From: Eledone cirrhosa
Taxonomy: Eukaryota
NCBI GenBank assembly: GCA_964016885.1
Contig: OZ024743.1
Location: 295,988,001 to 296,052,000, forward strand
Length of the DNA stretch: 64,000 nt
Reading direction: 5' to 3'
The translations under genes and the position numbers were made by a program. This document shows positions 1-15,108 of this stretch, in pieces. The notes below the pieces were generated by a model. That model did not search any database. It was not told the origin of the DNA and saw only the letters and a list, made by a program, of their open reading frames with translations. Position 1 is the stretch's first letter, and each line of letters begins with the position of its first letter.

Positions 1-3000
1 TTGGTGTTGGTGTTGGTGTTATTGTTATTGTTATTGTTGGTGTTGGTGTTGGTGTTGGTGTTATTGTTATTGTTATTGTTATTGTTATTGTTATTGTTGG
101 TGTTGGTGTTGGTGTTGGTGTTATTGTTATTGTTATTGTTATTGTTGGTGTTGGTGTTATTGTTATTGTTATTGTTGGTGTTGGTGTTGGTGTTGGTGTT
201 ATTGTTATTGTTATTGTTGGTGTTGGTGTTGGTGTTATTGTTATTGTTATTTTTATTGTTATTGTTATTGTTATTGTTATTGTTGGTGTTGGTGTTGGTG
301 TTGGTGTTATTGTTATTGTTATTGTTATTGTTGGTGTTGTTGTTGGTGTTATTGTTATTGTTATTGTTGGTGTTGGTGTTGGTGTTATTGTTATTGTTAT
401 TGTTATTGTTATTGTTGGTGTTGGTGTTGGTGTTATTGTTATTGTTATTTTTATTGTTATTGTTATTGTTATTGTTATTGTTGGTGTTGGTGTTGGTGTT
501 GGTGTTATTGTTATTGTTATTGTTATTGTTGGTGTTGGTGTTGGTGTTATTGTTATTGTTATTTTTATTGTTATTGTTATTGTTATTGTTATTGTTATTG
601 TTATTGTTGGTGCTGGTGTTGGTGTTGGTGTTATTGTTATTGTTATTGTTGGTGTTGGTGTTGGTGTTATTGTTATTGTTATTTTTATTGTTATTGTTAT
701 TGTTATTGTTATTGTTGGTGTTGGTGTTGGTGTTGGTGTTGGTGTTATTGTTATTGTTATTGTTATTGTTGGTGTTGGTGTTGGTGTTATTGTTATTGTT
801 ATTTTTATTGTTATTGTTATTGTTATTGTTATTGTTATTGTTGGTGTTGGTGTTGGTGTTGGTGTTGGTGTTATTGTTATTGTTATTGTTGGTGTTGGTG
901 TTGGTGTTATTGTTATTGTTATTTTTATTGTTATTGTTATTGTTATTGTTATTGTTGGTGTCGGTGTTGGTGTTATTGTTATTGTTATTTTTATTGTTAT
1001 TGTTATTGTTATTGTTATTGTTGGTGTTGGTGTTGGTGTTATTGTTATTGTTATTTTTATTGTTATTGTTATTGTTATTGTTATTGTTGGTGTTGGTGTT
1101 GGTGTTATTGTTATTGTTATTTTTATTGTTATTGTTATTGTTATTGTTATTGTTGGTGTTGGTGTTGGTGTTATTGTTACTGTTATTGTTATTGTTGGTG
1201 TTGGTGTTGGTGTTATTGTTATTGTTATTGTTATTGTTGGTTTTGGTGTTGGTGTTATTGTTATTGTTATTGTTATTGTTATTGTTAGTGTTGGTGTTGG
1301 TGTTGGTGTTATTGTTATTGTTATTGTTACTGTTGGTGTTGGTGTTGGTGTTGGTGTTATTGTTATTGTTATTGTTATTGTTGGTGTTGGTGTTGGTGTT
1401 ATTGTTATTGTTATTGTTATTGTTATTGTTGGTGTTGGTGTTGGTGTTATTGTTATTGTTATTGTTGGTTTTGGTGTTGGTGTTATTGTTATTGTTATTG
1501 TTATTGTTATTGTTGGTGTTGGTGTTGGTGTTGGTGTTATTGTTATTGTTATTGTTGGTGTTGGTGTTGGTGTTATTGTTATTGTTATTGTTGGTGTTGG
1601 TGTTGGTGTTGGTGTTATTGTTATTGTTATTGTTATTGTTGGTGTTGGTGTTGGTGTTATTGATATTGTTATTGTTGGTGTTGGTGTTATTGTTATTGTT
1701 ATTGTTATTGTTATTGTTATTGTTGGTGTTGGTGTTGGTGTTGGTGTTATTGTTATTGTTATTGTTATTGTTGGTGTTGGTGTTATTGTTATTGTTATTG
1801 TTGGTGTTGGTGTTGGTGTTGGTGTTATTGTTATTGTTATTGTTGGTGTTGGTGTTGGTGTTATTGTTATTGTTATTGTTATTGTTGGTGTTGGTGTTGG
1901 TGTTGGTGTTATTGTTATTGTTATTGTTATTGTTGGTGTTGGTGTTGGTGTTATTGTTATTGTTATTGTTGGTGTTGGTGTTGGTGTTATTGTTATTGTT
2001 ATTGTTATTGTTGGTGTTGGTGTTGGTGTTATTGTTATTGTTATTGTTATTGTTGGTGTTGGTGTTGGTGTTATTGTTATTGTTATTGTTATTGTTATTG
2101 TTGGTGTTGGTGTTGGTGTTATTGTTATTGTTATTGTTATTGTTGGTGTTGGTGTTGGTGTTATTGTTATTGTTATTGTTATTGTTATTGTTGGTGTTGG
2201 TGTTGGTGTTATTGTTATTGTTATTGTTATTGTTATTGTTATTACTATTGTTGGTGTTGGTGTTGGTGTTTTTGTTATTGTTATTGTTGGTGTTGGTGTT
2301 ATTGTTATTGTTATTGTTATTGTTGGTGTTGGTGTTATTGTTATTGTTATTGTTGGTGTTGGTGTTGGTGTTGGTGTTATTGTTATTGTTATTGTTATTG
2401 TTGGTGTTGGTGTTGGTGTTGGTGTTATTGTTATTGTTATTGTTATTGTTGGTGTTGGTGTTGGTGTTGGTGTTATTGTTATTGTTATTGTTATTGTTAT
2501 TGTTGGTGTTGGTGTTGGTGTTGGTGTTATTGTTATTGTTATTGTTATTGTTATTGTTGGTGTTGGTGTTGGTGTTATTGTTATTGTTATTGTTATTGTT
2601 GGTGTTGGTCTTGGTGATATTGTTATTGTTATTGTTATTGTTATTGTTGGTGTTGGTGTTGGTGTTATTGTTATTGTTATTGTTATTGTTATTGTTATTG
2701 TTGGTGTTGATGTTGGTGTTATTGTTATTGTTATTGTTATTGTTGGTGTTGGTGTTGGTGTTGGTGTTATTGTTATTGTTATTGTTATTGTTGGTGTTGT
2801 TGTTGGTGTTATTGTTATTGTTATTGTTGGTGTTGGTGTTGGTGTTATTGTTATTGTTATTGTTATTGTTATTGTTGGTGTTGGTGTTGGTGTTATTGTT
2901 ATTGTTGGTGTTGGTGTTGGTGTTGGTGTTATTGTTATTGTTATTGTTATTGTTGGTATTGGTGTTGGTGTTATTGTTATTGTTATTGTTATTGTTATTG

Positions 3001-5586
3001 TTATTGTTGGTGTTGGTGTTGGTGTTATTGTTATTGTTATTGTTATTGTTGGTGTTGGTGTTGGTGTTATTGTTATTGTTATTGTTATTGTTGGTGTTGG
3101 TGTTGGTGTTATTGTTATTGTTATTGTTATTGTTAGTGTTAGTGTTGGTGTTGGTGTTGGTGTTGGTGTTGGTGTTATTGTTATTGTTATTGTTGGTGTT
3201 GGTGTTGGTGTTATTGTTATTGTTATTGTTATTGTTGGTGTTGGTGTTGGTGTTATTGTTATTGTTATTGTTATTGTTAGTGTTGGTGTTGGTGTTATTG
3301 TTATTGTTATTGTTGGTGTTGGTGTTGGTGTTGGTGTTATTGTTATTGTTATTGTTATTGTTATTGTTGGTGTTGGTGTTGGTGTTATTGTTATGTTTAT
3401 TGTTATTGTTGGTGTTGGTGTTGGTGTTATTGTTATTGTTATTGTTATTGTTGGTGTTGGTGTTGGTGTTATTGTTATTGTTATTGTTATTGTTATTGTT
3501 GGTGTTGGTGTTGGTGTTATTGTTATGTTTATTGTTATTGTTGGTGTTGGTGTTGGTGTTGGTGTTATTGTTATTGTTATTGTTATTGTTGGTGTTGTTG
3601 TTGGTGTTATTGTTATTGTTATTGTTGGTGTTGGTGTTGGTGTCATTGTTATTGTTATTGTTATTGTTATTGTTGGTGTTGGTGTTGGTGTTATTGTTAT
3701 TGTTATTTTTATTGTTATTGTTATTGTTATTGTTATTGTTGGTGTTGGTGTTATTGTTATTGTTATTGTTATTGTTGGTGTTGGTGTTGGTGTTATTGTT
3801 ATTGTTATTTTTATTGTTATTGTTATTGTTATTGTTATTGTTATTGTTATTGTTATTGTTATTGTTGGTGTTGGTGTTGGTGTTATTGTTATTGTTATTG
3901 TTGGTGTTGGTGTTGGTGTTATTGTTATTGTTATTTTTATTGTTATTGTTATTGTTATTGTTGGTGTTGGTGTTGGTGTTGGTGTTATTGTTATTGTTAT
4001 TGTTATTGTTGGTGTTGGTGTTATTGTTATTGTTATTTTTATTGTTATTGTTATTGTTATTGTTATTGTTATTGTTGGTGTTGGTGTTGGTGTTGGTGTT
4101 GGTGTTATTGTTATTGTTGGTGTTGGTGTTGGTGTTGGTGTTATTGTTATTGTTATTTTTATTGTTATTGTTATTGTTATTGTTATTGTTATTGTTGGTG
4201 TTGGTGTTGGTGTTATTGTTATTGTTATTTTTATTGTTATTGTTATTGTTATTGTTATTGTTGGTGTTGGTGTTGGTGTTATTGTTATCGTTATTTTTAT
4301 TGTTATTGTTATTGTTATTGTTATTGTTGGTGTTGGTGTTGGTGTTATTGTTATTGTTATTTTTATTGTTATTGTTATTGTTATTGTTATTGTTGGTGTT
4401 GGTGTTGGTGTTATTGTTACTGTTATTGTTATTGTTATTGTTGGTGTTGGTGTTGGTGTTGGTGTTGGTGTTATTGTTATTGTTATTGTTATTGTTGGTT
4501 TTGGTGTTGGTGTTATTGTTATTGTTATTGTTATTGTTAGTGTTGGTGTTGGTGTTGGTGTTATTGTTATTGTTATTGTTACTGTTGGTGTTGGTGTTGG
4601 TGTTGGTGTTATTGTTATTGTTATTGTTATTGTTGGTGTTGGTGTTGGTGTTATTGTTATTGTTATTGTTATTGTTATTGTTGGTGTTGGTGTTGGTGTT
4701 ATTGTTATTGTTATTGTTGGTTTTGGTGTTGGTGTTATTGTTATTGTTATTGTTATTGTTATTGTTGGTGTTGGTGTTGGTGTTGGTGTTATTGTTATTG
4801 TTATTGTTGGTGTTGGTGTTGGTGTTATTGTTATTGTTATTGTTGGTGTTGGTGTTGGTGTTGGTGTTATTGTTATTGTTATTGTTATTGTTGGTGTTGG
4901 TGTTGGTGTTATTGTTATTGTTATTGTTGGTGTTGGTGTTATTGTTATTGTTATTGTTATTGTTATTGTTATTGTTATTGTTGGTGTTGGTGTTGGTGTT
5001 GGTGTTATTGTTATTGTTATTGTTATTGTTGGTGTTGGTGTTATTGTTATTGTTATTGTTGGTGTTGGTGTTGGTGTTGGTGTTATTGTTATTGTTATTG
5101 TTGGTGTTGGTGTTGGTGTTGGTGTTATTGTTATTGTTATTGTTATTGTTATTGTTATTGTTGGTGTTGGTGTTGGTGTTGGTGTTATTGTTATTGTTAT
5201 TGTTATTGTTGGTGTTGGTGTTATTGTTATTGTTATTGTTGGTGTTGGTGTTGGTGTTGGTGTTATTGTTATTGTTATTGTTGGTGTTGGTGTTGGTGTT
5301 GGTGTTATTGTTATTGTTATTGTTGGTGTTGGTGTTGGTGTTATTGTTATTGTTATTGTTGGTGTTGGTGTTGGTGTTGGTGTTATTGTTATTGTTATTG
5401 TTGGTGTTGGTGTTGGTGTTATTGTTATTGTTATTGTTATTGTTGGTGTTGGTGTTGGTGTTGGTGTTATTGTTATTGTTATTGTTATTGTTGGTGTTGG
5501 TGTTGGTGTTGGTGTTATTGTTATTGTTATTGTTGGTGTTGGTGTTGGTGTTATTGTTATTGTTATTGTTGGTGTTGGTGTTGGTG
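1..5586. repeat. Compound hexamer array of alternating (TTGGTG)n and (TTATTG)n blocks; runs off the window start
   Basis: Directly visible. Hexamer phase is kept throughout, which explains the 1873-aa L/V ORF. Confidence 0.97.
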
Positions 5587-5732
5587 ATTTTGTTAAGGCT
5601 GTACTTGGTGGTGGTGTTCTAGTATATGTTAGTGTTGCGGGTGTTGTTGTTGATGTTGATGTTGTTGGTGTTTGTGTTCATGTTGTTCTTATTGATGTTA
5701 TTGGTGTTTACGTTGATAGTGTTGATGTTGTC

Positions 5733-6019
5733 GGTGGTGGTGGTGGTGGTGGTGGTGGTGGTGTTGGTGGTGGTGGTGGTGGTGGTGGTGGTGGTGGTGT
5801 GTTGTCGGTGGTCGTGGTATTGATATAGATTTTATTGGATTTGTTAGGAGTTTTTGATGTTGTTGTTAATGTTGTTGTTATCAGTGACAGAGTGGTTCAC
5901 CGTTCATTTGAATTGGTTGCTTTTATGTTTTGGTCATCGTTATGATTTGTTTATGAATTCAGTACTACTGTGGCTAATGTTGTTACTGTTATTGTTGTTG
6001 TTTGTGGTGGTGGTGGTGG

Positions 6020-6056
<37 letters not shown>

Positions 6057-6313
6057 CGTGTAGTTGTTATTGTTGTTGTTGTCGTTATGTGTATATTGTT
6101 GGTGTTTGTTAATTAATCAGAACGAATAACTAATGCATTATTGTAAACCATATGGAGAAGTTAAATCTCGTCAGTCCATGATTTTGATTGCTAGAATAAA
6201 ACCTCAACAACAACAAAAATAACAACAGCACTACCACCACCACCACCACCACCACCAACACCAACAACAACAACAACAACAATAACAACAACAAAAACAA
6301 CAACAACAACAAC

Positions 6314-6359
<46 letters not shown>

Positions 6360-6406
6360 GGACTTTCCAGTGAACCAACATCAATGACTGAGATTCAAGG
6401 AATAAC

Positions 6407-6440
<34 letters not shown>

Positions 6441-6510
6441 GTGATGATGATGATGATGATTGGTTATTAATGATAAATATTATTATTATCATTATCATCA
6501 TTATTATTAT
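5733..6510. repeat. Cluster of trinucleotide microsatellites: (GGT)n, (CTG)n, (CAC)n, (CAA)n, (AAT)n, (GAT)n
   Basis: Directly visible. Confidence 0.9.
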
Positions 6511-6740
6511 AAACATAGCTTTTAAATGTGCTATTTTGAAACAATCTTTAATTGCTACCACGTCAACTGAGGCCAAGGATTCATGTCCGTCACAACTCAA
6601 TCTATTGATTAGAAGGTGGGGGAGGCGATAAAACTAAACACTACTTCCTACTTAACATTTTGACAAGAATTAGGGAATGTCGAATGTTTCCACATAATTT
6701 AAGGGGCTTAGAATCAATTCTAAGATTTTAGAATATCATT

Positions 6741-6882
6741 AGGCAGCGAATTGGCAGAGTCACAAGGGCGTTAAAATGAATGTTTTCTGTTTTTTCTTTC
6801 GACGTTCTGTGCTCTTAGTTAAATCCTACCGAGGCTAAATTTCATCCTTTCAAAGATAAAAAAAAATACCAATTAAATACTG
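6741..6882 (+). mobile_element. Degenerate tRNA-derived SINE (same family as 19618 and 20652)
   Basis: GGCAGCGAATTGGCAGA head, AAATCCTACCGAGG, TTTCATCCTTT...ATACCAATTAAATACTG match the intact copies. Confidence 0.6.
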
Positions 6883-8712
6883 ATGTTGTAAGATACAACT
6901 AAAGGATTGGAATCAGGAAGTGCATCTGGACGTAAAAGATTGGCTTTAAAATGACTCACGATGAGAATAACGCCTCTCGTGGGAACAGCAGGATTAACTC
7001 CTGTTTAACAGGAAAATGTCCTTAACATACTTACTGTTGTATATATGTGTGTCTGTGTGTTGTTGAAAGTCCACCTACATCCGAATTTCACTTTTTTATT
7101 AGAAGCTTTACCAATTTCCTGAGGTCCATATTTTGTCAACGCTTCTAAATCCCATCGCTTCTCTATCTTGTGTTTATTCCCTTTTTTATTTATATTCAGT
7201 TCCTCTTAGTTCGGCAGCACTCTATGCCTTTTATCCTAATATTTGAATCATAAAATTTGACCATTAGACTCATGCGTCGTGAGTTACGTGTTCAGCTACT
7301 CGTATGGCTAGCACCACACTGATATTGTTCTTGGCCCACATTGCTATACGATTATTGCTTCCATATATAATTCCCTATGTTTATTCAGGATTGTCTATGA
7401 TATAGTCGTATTATCCGTTAATATTATTCTATCTAACTTTATTTTGTGGGATGTGATGTAATGTGTTGCAATTGCTCTTCGTAAATGCAAGGTGAAACAA
7501 TTCTTTTCATGAAGCCTACAATTTTCATATTTACTTCGAAGTTTTAAATCACATTTGCCGATGGTATCTTGTTTTCGGCTTGAATGTTTGTGGCTTGCTG
7601 TTAATATTGGTTTAATATTGGTGTGGTGTGTTGTTTGTTACGATTTATGAGATTAGATTGGAGAAATAGTTGTGTTAAGATCAATATCCAGTATAGCGCC
7701 AGTCACACGGGTAGCATACACATATGATGAAAACTTAACTTGAGATATGTTAAACTCGAAAATTAACATTTTAGTATGGAAGACATAGAATGCGGGAGAA
7801 GTCGGAAGAATTCCATGCTTTTAATGAATAAATATACCTACAATATAAGAGGCAATAAAATTAACACAACACTCCTGGTAATGAGATGGAAATATTAACA
7901 AAATTACGAAGGTTGGGAAAATTGTTGTTTCAAAATTGAAACTCGTGAGAAGTCGTGTCTTCAATAGCAGCACACACACACACATTTTCTGTCCCCATGA
8001 GTACTTTACCCGGTTTATTCAACTGCTATTTATAGTTGTCAACTAATAGTGTAGTTATCTGCATTGTAACGATTATTATTTCGAATTTCACATATTTAAA
8101 TTCTTCATAACTTAACCAAATTTTGTTTATATTGAAAATGCGAATTTGATCCAATTCAATCATTTAAAATTTCATACTTTCTTAGTTCTTTTTATCTAGT
8201 AAAGCTTCCATAATTACTCGCCTCCTGGTAATTATGGAAGCTTTACTAATATCAAATTATAAGCCAAACATTAACACACAGTGGCAGCGTACGTGAAATC
8301 AATTAAGAAACTAATATTCTTCAACCGTTGAACATAATTCAGTCCTTCTTGTTTTCCTAGTACTGCCAATATTCTTTATGGTCCCCACTGACCAGGAACG
8401 AGATATGCAATTAATATTACTATTGTTATTCTGAAGATGAGGTTGTGGAAATCTCGAAAATTTAGTAGACATGTGGATTTAGGAAAGCTATTGTTTCAAT
8501 CCAAGCATAAAGAATACGTAAGGAAATTTAAAAAAAAAGAGATTGAACAGGAACACAGTGCTCTTTGCAATGTCAAATGTTTGAAAGAAAAGCTATTATC
8601 TAGAGATACACACATACACACATGCACGTATATGCATATATTTATATATATATATATATATATGTGTTGGGGGGGGGGGGCGTTTGTGTGTGTTTATACA
8701 TATATATTGCGT

Positions 8713-9110
8713 ACAATGCGAATACGAGCGGCCGAAATGGGGTTCCTCCGAAGGGTCTTTGGTGTAACGTTACTGGATAAAGTGCGTAGCTCGGAGATTA
8801 GAGAGTCACTTCAGGTAGAACCTCGACTTACCCAATTGAGATATCACAGTCCCAATATCATGAACTTGTGGCTAGAATATCTCAGGTAAAAATCACTGGA
8901 TAGATTTTACGGACAAAAATAAACGGCAGGAGACCCAGGGGTAGACACCGACCAAGATGTTGGAATAACATCTATGAGCCCAGCTGGTCACGCCAAGGGA
9001 TGATCATGCCGGATCAAATGGAAATGGTTGCTTCTGACAAGACCCGCTGGAAGAAGTGTTTGAGGACTCTTCCACCACGAAACTCTCAAGAATAAATGGG
9101 CGAATAAGAA
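8713..9110 (+). mobile_element. RTE-clade (Expander/Rex3-like) LINE 3' fragment
   Basis: Translation RIRAAEMGFLRRVFGVTLLDKVRSSEIRESLQVEP followed by GRRPRGR. The 3' part matches 13990-14120. Confidence 0.75.
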
Positions 9111-9296
9111 TACACACACATATATATACTTCGTTTATGAATTTATTTTGCAAGATTATATGGCTATTTCAGAGCACCAATTCTAATTTTTAATTTCTGC
9201 TTGACCGGCAACCGCTCTGTATAATCAGTTCCTGATTATTTACTAGAATTCTATAAGAAAATAACATCCGTAATCTCAGCAGACGGGGGAGTACTT

Positions 9297-9342
9297 GGCT
9301 TTGATGAGCATCAATAAATGCAGAAACAAGGCCTTGTCAGCT
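9297..9342 (+). ncRNA. Type I hammerhead ribozyme motif (U3/G8 core)
   Basis: GGCT-TTGATGA-GCAT caataa ATGC-a-GAAAC aaggcctt GTC-AGCT; palindromic helix III. Confidence 0.65.
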
Positions 9343-9503
9343 TTATCTCCCCCTGTTTGCTGAGATTAAACTAAGTGAGTCTGTCACTACTCTAAAACAA
9401 TAGCATACGGTCTTCAAAATGCTTTTAATTAAGCATAAAGTGTATTGCAAAATACACTATATATACATTCATATATATATATATGGCTATTTCAGAGCAC
9501 CAA

Positions 9504-9561
<58 letters not shown>

Positions 9562-9718
9562 TTGGAGCTCTGAAATAGCAATATATATATGGATGTATAT
9601 ATAATGTATTTTGCAATACACTTTATGCTTAATTAAAAGCATTCTGAAGACCGTAAGCTATTGTTTTTTAGAGTAGTGACAAATTCACTTACTTTGATCT
9701 CAGCAAACAGGGGAGATA

Positions 9719-9763
9719 AGCCGACAAGGCCTTGTTTCGCTTTTGTTGAAGCTTATCAAGGCT
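9719..9763 (-). ncRNA. Type I hammerhead ribozyme motif (U3:A8 core)
   Basis: Reverse complement: AGCC-TTGATAA-GCTT caacaa AAGC-GAAAC aaggcctt GTC-GGCT. Confidence 0.8.
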
Positions 9764-9892
9764 AACTACTCCCACCTGTCTACCGAGATCACTGATGTTA
9801 TATTCTTATAGAATTCTAGTAAATAATCAGGAGCTGATTATGCAGAGCGGTTGTTGGTCAGGTAGAAATTCTGTAAAAAGCTGGGAGTAGTT

Positions 9893-9937
9893 AGCCTTGA
9901 TGAGCTTCAACAAAAGCGAAACAAGGCCTTGTCGGCT
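9893..9937 (+). ncRNA. Type I hammerhead ribozyme motif (U3/G8 core)
   Basis: AGCC-TTGATGA-GCTT caacaa AAGC-GAAAC aaggcctt GTC-GGCT. Confidence 0.75.
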
Positions 9938-10065
9938 TATCTCCCCTGTTTGCTGAGATCAAAGTAAGTGAATTTGTCACTACTCTAAAAAATAATAGCT
10001 TACGGTCTTCAAAATGCTTTTAATTAAGCATAAAGTGTATTGCAAAATACATTATATATACATCC

Positions 10066-10671
<606 letters not shown>

Positions 10672-10672
<1 letters not shown>

Positions 10673-11070
10673 ACCAGCAGCGACTGAAACTTTTTGAGTC
10701 TCACACAGAATACAAATAGGTTGCGTATGAAATTTTGTCTGTGAAATCTATGTTCTTCCAGTGCTAGCCAGGATTCACGATCTAAACAATTTTTCGTTTC
10801 TTTTCGGAGATACTTAAATTTGCTGTACTCAGGCGTTTTATGAAAAATTAAGAAACTCGAGAGTGTTCATGTATCTGCAGTTGAAATGCTTGACTCCAGC
10901 AAAGATCCATAAGGACCTACAAGACACATTCGAGGAAGATTATCCGGGATCTGGGAGGCCATCAACAGTGACCACACCAGAAAACATTGACCTTGTTTCG
11001 GGGATGGTGATGGAGGATCAACAACTGTCATCTCGTCAGATAGCAAATATTTTAGCCGTTTACGATTGAT
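10672..11070 (+). mobile_element. Internally deleted mariner-type DNA transposon remnant (N-terminal HTH region)
   Basis: ORF 10863-11069: TPAKIHKDL...EDYPGSGRPSTVTTPENIDLVSGMVMEDQQLSSRQIANIL, typical of mariner transposase N-termini. Confidence 0.7.
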
Positions 11071-11591
11071 TTGATGTTTACATATGCATGTACCATTATC
11101 ACCTGTAGAGAAACGAACGTAGAAATTAAGATAGATTTATTTGATAACCTTGGTTTTCTTCATTTTAGATATGTTATGTTCATATAAAGATTGATAGTAC
11201 ATTGCTAGATTGCCAGGACACCATTAGTTGACTTATATATGCCGATGACCGCTAGGTACCTACGTATCTCTCTGGGCTCTCGCGTGATATAATTCGCAGC
11301 TGTAAGCAGAAACATAATTGTAATCTCTTCAACGTTCTAGTAACTTTATATACAAGTGTTACACCTCCGTGGTCATCTACTATCATATGACTAAAACGTA
11401 AAAAACTACAAACAATTGTATTGTGTCAGAGAAAACATTGTAGTAACCAGATGGCAAATGGAAATATGTGCTATGTAAACATATTGTTCATCATGTACAT
11501 ATTTCTAAATTAATATTTCTAATTAATCTTAAATGAGATGGTATGTATAGATAAATAAGCTTTATCGATCATCATATAAATAAATAAATAA

Positions 11592-12519
<928 letters not shown>

Positions 12520-12520
<1 letters not shown>

Positions 12521-13050
12521 GGCATTTTTTTTACCTCTTCATTGAACCAAGGGGTACTCCTGCCATCCGGGACTACACCAAGCCTTTTTCGCCTGCAGCA
12601 TTTAATAGGTGAAGCAGCAACTGCTGAGCTGAATATTCTCCACTGTTTCAACGTCCTCGCTTTGCTCTGGGTGTTCTCTGATTTTGGATGCAATAGTATC
12701 TGCATACCTTGTCCTGACTTCCTTATCTACCAACACTTCCCACTTTACCTTGTAGATCGACCTGGACGTGTCAGTTTTGTCGGCTTTTTTGGATTTTGAT
12801 TGTCTCAAGTTGCAGATATTTAGATGGTGGTCAGTTGACAGCTCAGCCCCTCTGTTAACACAGAATCAAAGAGATCAGAGATACTAACAAAATCAATTAT
12901 TGATCTCTGTCCCTAATTCCCCTTATACCATGTATATTTATGGACGCCCCTTTACTGGAAGAAGGTTTTCATAATAAATAACTCATTGCACAGAAATCTA
13001 ACAAGACCATTTCATAAAAAGGAGTCCTCCTCCACACCTAACAGGAACGC
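12520..13050 (-). mobile_element. RTE LINE APE endonuclease C-terminal/linker fragment
   Basis: Minus-strand motifs KTFFQ..GVHKYTWY, QRSIIDFV, LSTDHHL, TPWFNEEVK. Confidence 0.7.
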
Positions 13051-13184
13051 GTCTGTAGTTCTCTTCCCTTAGGGAGGTACATCCTAGCAAGATGGAGAAA
13101 ATACTTTGCTTATCTCCTACACCCGATCAAGGCAGCATCTTCTGATGTACATAAGATGCATCTGGGAGCGATAACTATATCCTC

Positions 13185-13695
13185 GGAGGTTAAGGTCACA
13201 AGAGCAATTAAATAGCTCAGATGTAACAAGGCCACCGGGAAGGATAAAATTCGGTCTGAGATGTTAAAACTCTTAAACAGAGAAGGTATTTTCTGGCTAA
13301 TTCATGTGTGCCGGATGGCCTAGATCTTTGGGAAGGCACCTAAGCAATGGCAATCGGGAGTGATAATCTCAATTTTCAAAAAGGGAGACGAGAGATTGCT
13401 TCAATTATAAAGGTATCTTCTTGTTAAGCCTCCCCGGTAAAGTCTATACTAAGTGTTTGGCAAAGAGATGTAGGGAATTTGACGAATCCATACTAGCTGA
13501 TGAGCAGTGTGGTTTTCGCCCTGGGTGCAGCACAGCGGACCAAATATCCACACTACGACAGAGCTAGAGAAATCGAAAGAGTACTGCTAAGAGGTGTATT
13601 CTTGCTTTGTAGACCTCGAAAAGACATATGACCGCGTTCCTCGAGACCTGCTGTTGAATCTTCTGCAGGAGTATGGGATCGACAGTCAGCTTTTT
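13185..13695 (+). mobile_element. RTE LINE reverse transcriptase N-terminal fragment
   Basis: KATGKDKIRSEMLK, IFKKGD, LLSLPGKVY, EQCGFRPGCST, CFVDLEKTYDRVPR. Confidence 0.8.
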
Positions 13696-13975
13696 ACCTA
13701 GTTCTCCTCAAATTACCCAGTGTTCTGGGATGCAATGCAGAGATCATCTGCATAGAAGAAGCTTCTAGTATTTGGGTGGATGGGCTGATCATTAGTGTAG
13801 ATAATGAAGAGGAGGGAACAAGCATGCTACATTGTGGGAGGTCATTCTTCTGTGACCGCCATCGGTTGCGTTTCCCGCTGAGGTCCACAAAGAATCGTCA
13901 ATTTGACAACATGTTCCTGATGCTGGGGAACACTGAAGGAGCGTTCACGTGGCGGTCCTCGTTATATGAGTTCTC
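13696..13975 (-). mobile_element. Vingi/Ingi-like LINE RT fragment
   Basis: FFVDLSGKRNRWRSQKNDLPQ, then after a frameshift FIIYTNDQPIHPNTRSFFYADDLCIASQ. Confidence 0.65.
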
Positions 13976-13984
13976 TCATTTGCC

Positions 13985-14197
13985 AATTTTCATCCATGAG
14001 CTCAGCTGTTCTCGCTTGGGGCAACCAGCCGGATCAGTTGGAAACGGTTGCTCTGACAGGATCCACTGGAAGTAGTGTTTGAGGACACTGCTACCAACCA
14101 CTAACACCACCACCCCCTCAAGAAGAAGAAGAAGAAGAAGAAGAAGAAGAAGAAGAAGAAGAAGAAGAAGAAGAAGAAGAAGAAGAAGAAGAAGAAG

Positions 14198-14227
<30 letters not shown>
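13985..14227 (+). mobile_element. RTE LINE 3' end with (GAA)n tail
   Basis: Similar to 8965-9095; followed by a (GAA)n tract at 14119-14227. Confidence 0.65.
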
Positions 14228-14228
<1 letters not shown>

Positions 14229-14925
14229 TCGTAAAAAAGATAGCCCCCGATAATAAACACATTAAAAGCTACAGCAATGTGGAAGACATCCACATACATA
14301 ATATGAAAGAGTACTGGTGGAATGTTCCAGTAAAAACACCAATAAAATGCAGGCATAACAGAACAGATATTATGATATGGGACAGGGAGAAGAAAGCATG
14401 CACAGTAGTGGAAATTAGCTGCCCAGCAGATGCCAATATAATATCAAAGATTAGCGAAAAGGAGAATATTTATGCAAAACTGACGAGAAATCTGCAGATA
14501 CTCCACCCTGATTACACCTTCAGATATATGCCTGTGTTTATTGGGGCACTGGGGTATGTTAGTAACTGCCTCAATACAAATCTTGAGAAGCTAGGCTTCA
14601 CAGGAACAGAAAGAACACAGCTAGTTAGGAAATTACAAGTACAATCCATTAATGGAACAGTAAAAATATGTAAAACATTCCAAAAATGTTGCATCTAATA
14701 ACTGCATATACACATGTACAGATACAAAGCATATACACATGCGCACATACAACTCAAATCATACACATCCACACATACAATAACATCCATATCTGCACAT
14801 GCATGCATGCATAATCTACCTAGTTGATGTTGTGTAAATTCCAATGAGAGATTGTTGTGTCTATGTTAGAAACCGACCCTCTCTCTATGGGGAAAACATT
14901 TGTGAAATTATAAAACCAGAAGAAC
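14228..14925 (+). mobile_element. 5'-truncated RLE-type non-LTR retrotransposon (R4/Dong-like), endonuclease domain plus 3' UTR
   Basis: ORF 14279-14698: EYWWN..HNRTDIMIWD..VVEISCP..KENIYA..IGALG, homologous to 18700-19090. Confidence 0.8.
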
Positions 14926-15108
14926 ATACATATATACATACATAGAGGCATACATACAAACATACATACAAACATACATACAATCGCGACCTATGTGGGC
15001 AGTGTCCGATAATCGGACGTGTGTAATTACGGCTTACATGAAGGCAACATACCATATATTGGAAAAAGTTGAGCTACATTACGCGGTAAGATTACATACA
15101 ATAATTTT

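Noticed and set aside
1-5586. Telomeric repeat array
   Set aside because: The units are TTGGTG and TTATTG, not TTAGGG, and the GT-rich strand points into the window.
1-5828. 1873-aa and 811-aa plus-strand ORFs
   Set aside because: Translation artefacts of a stop-free hexamer repeat (only L/V or V/I/G).
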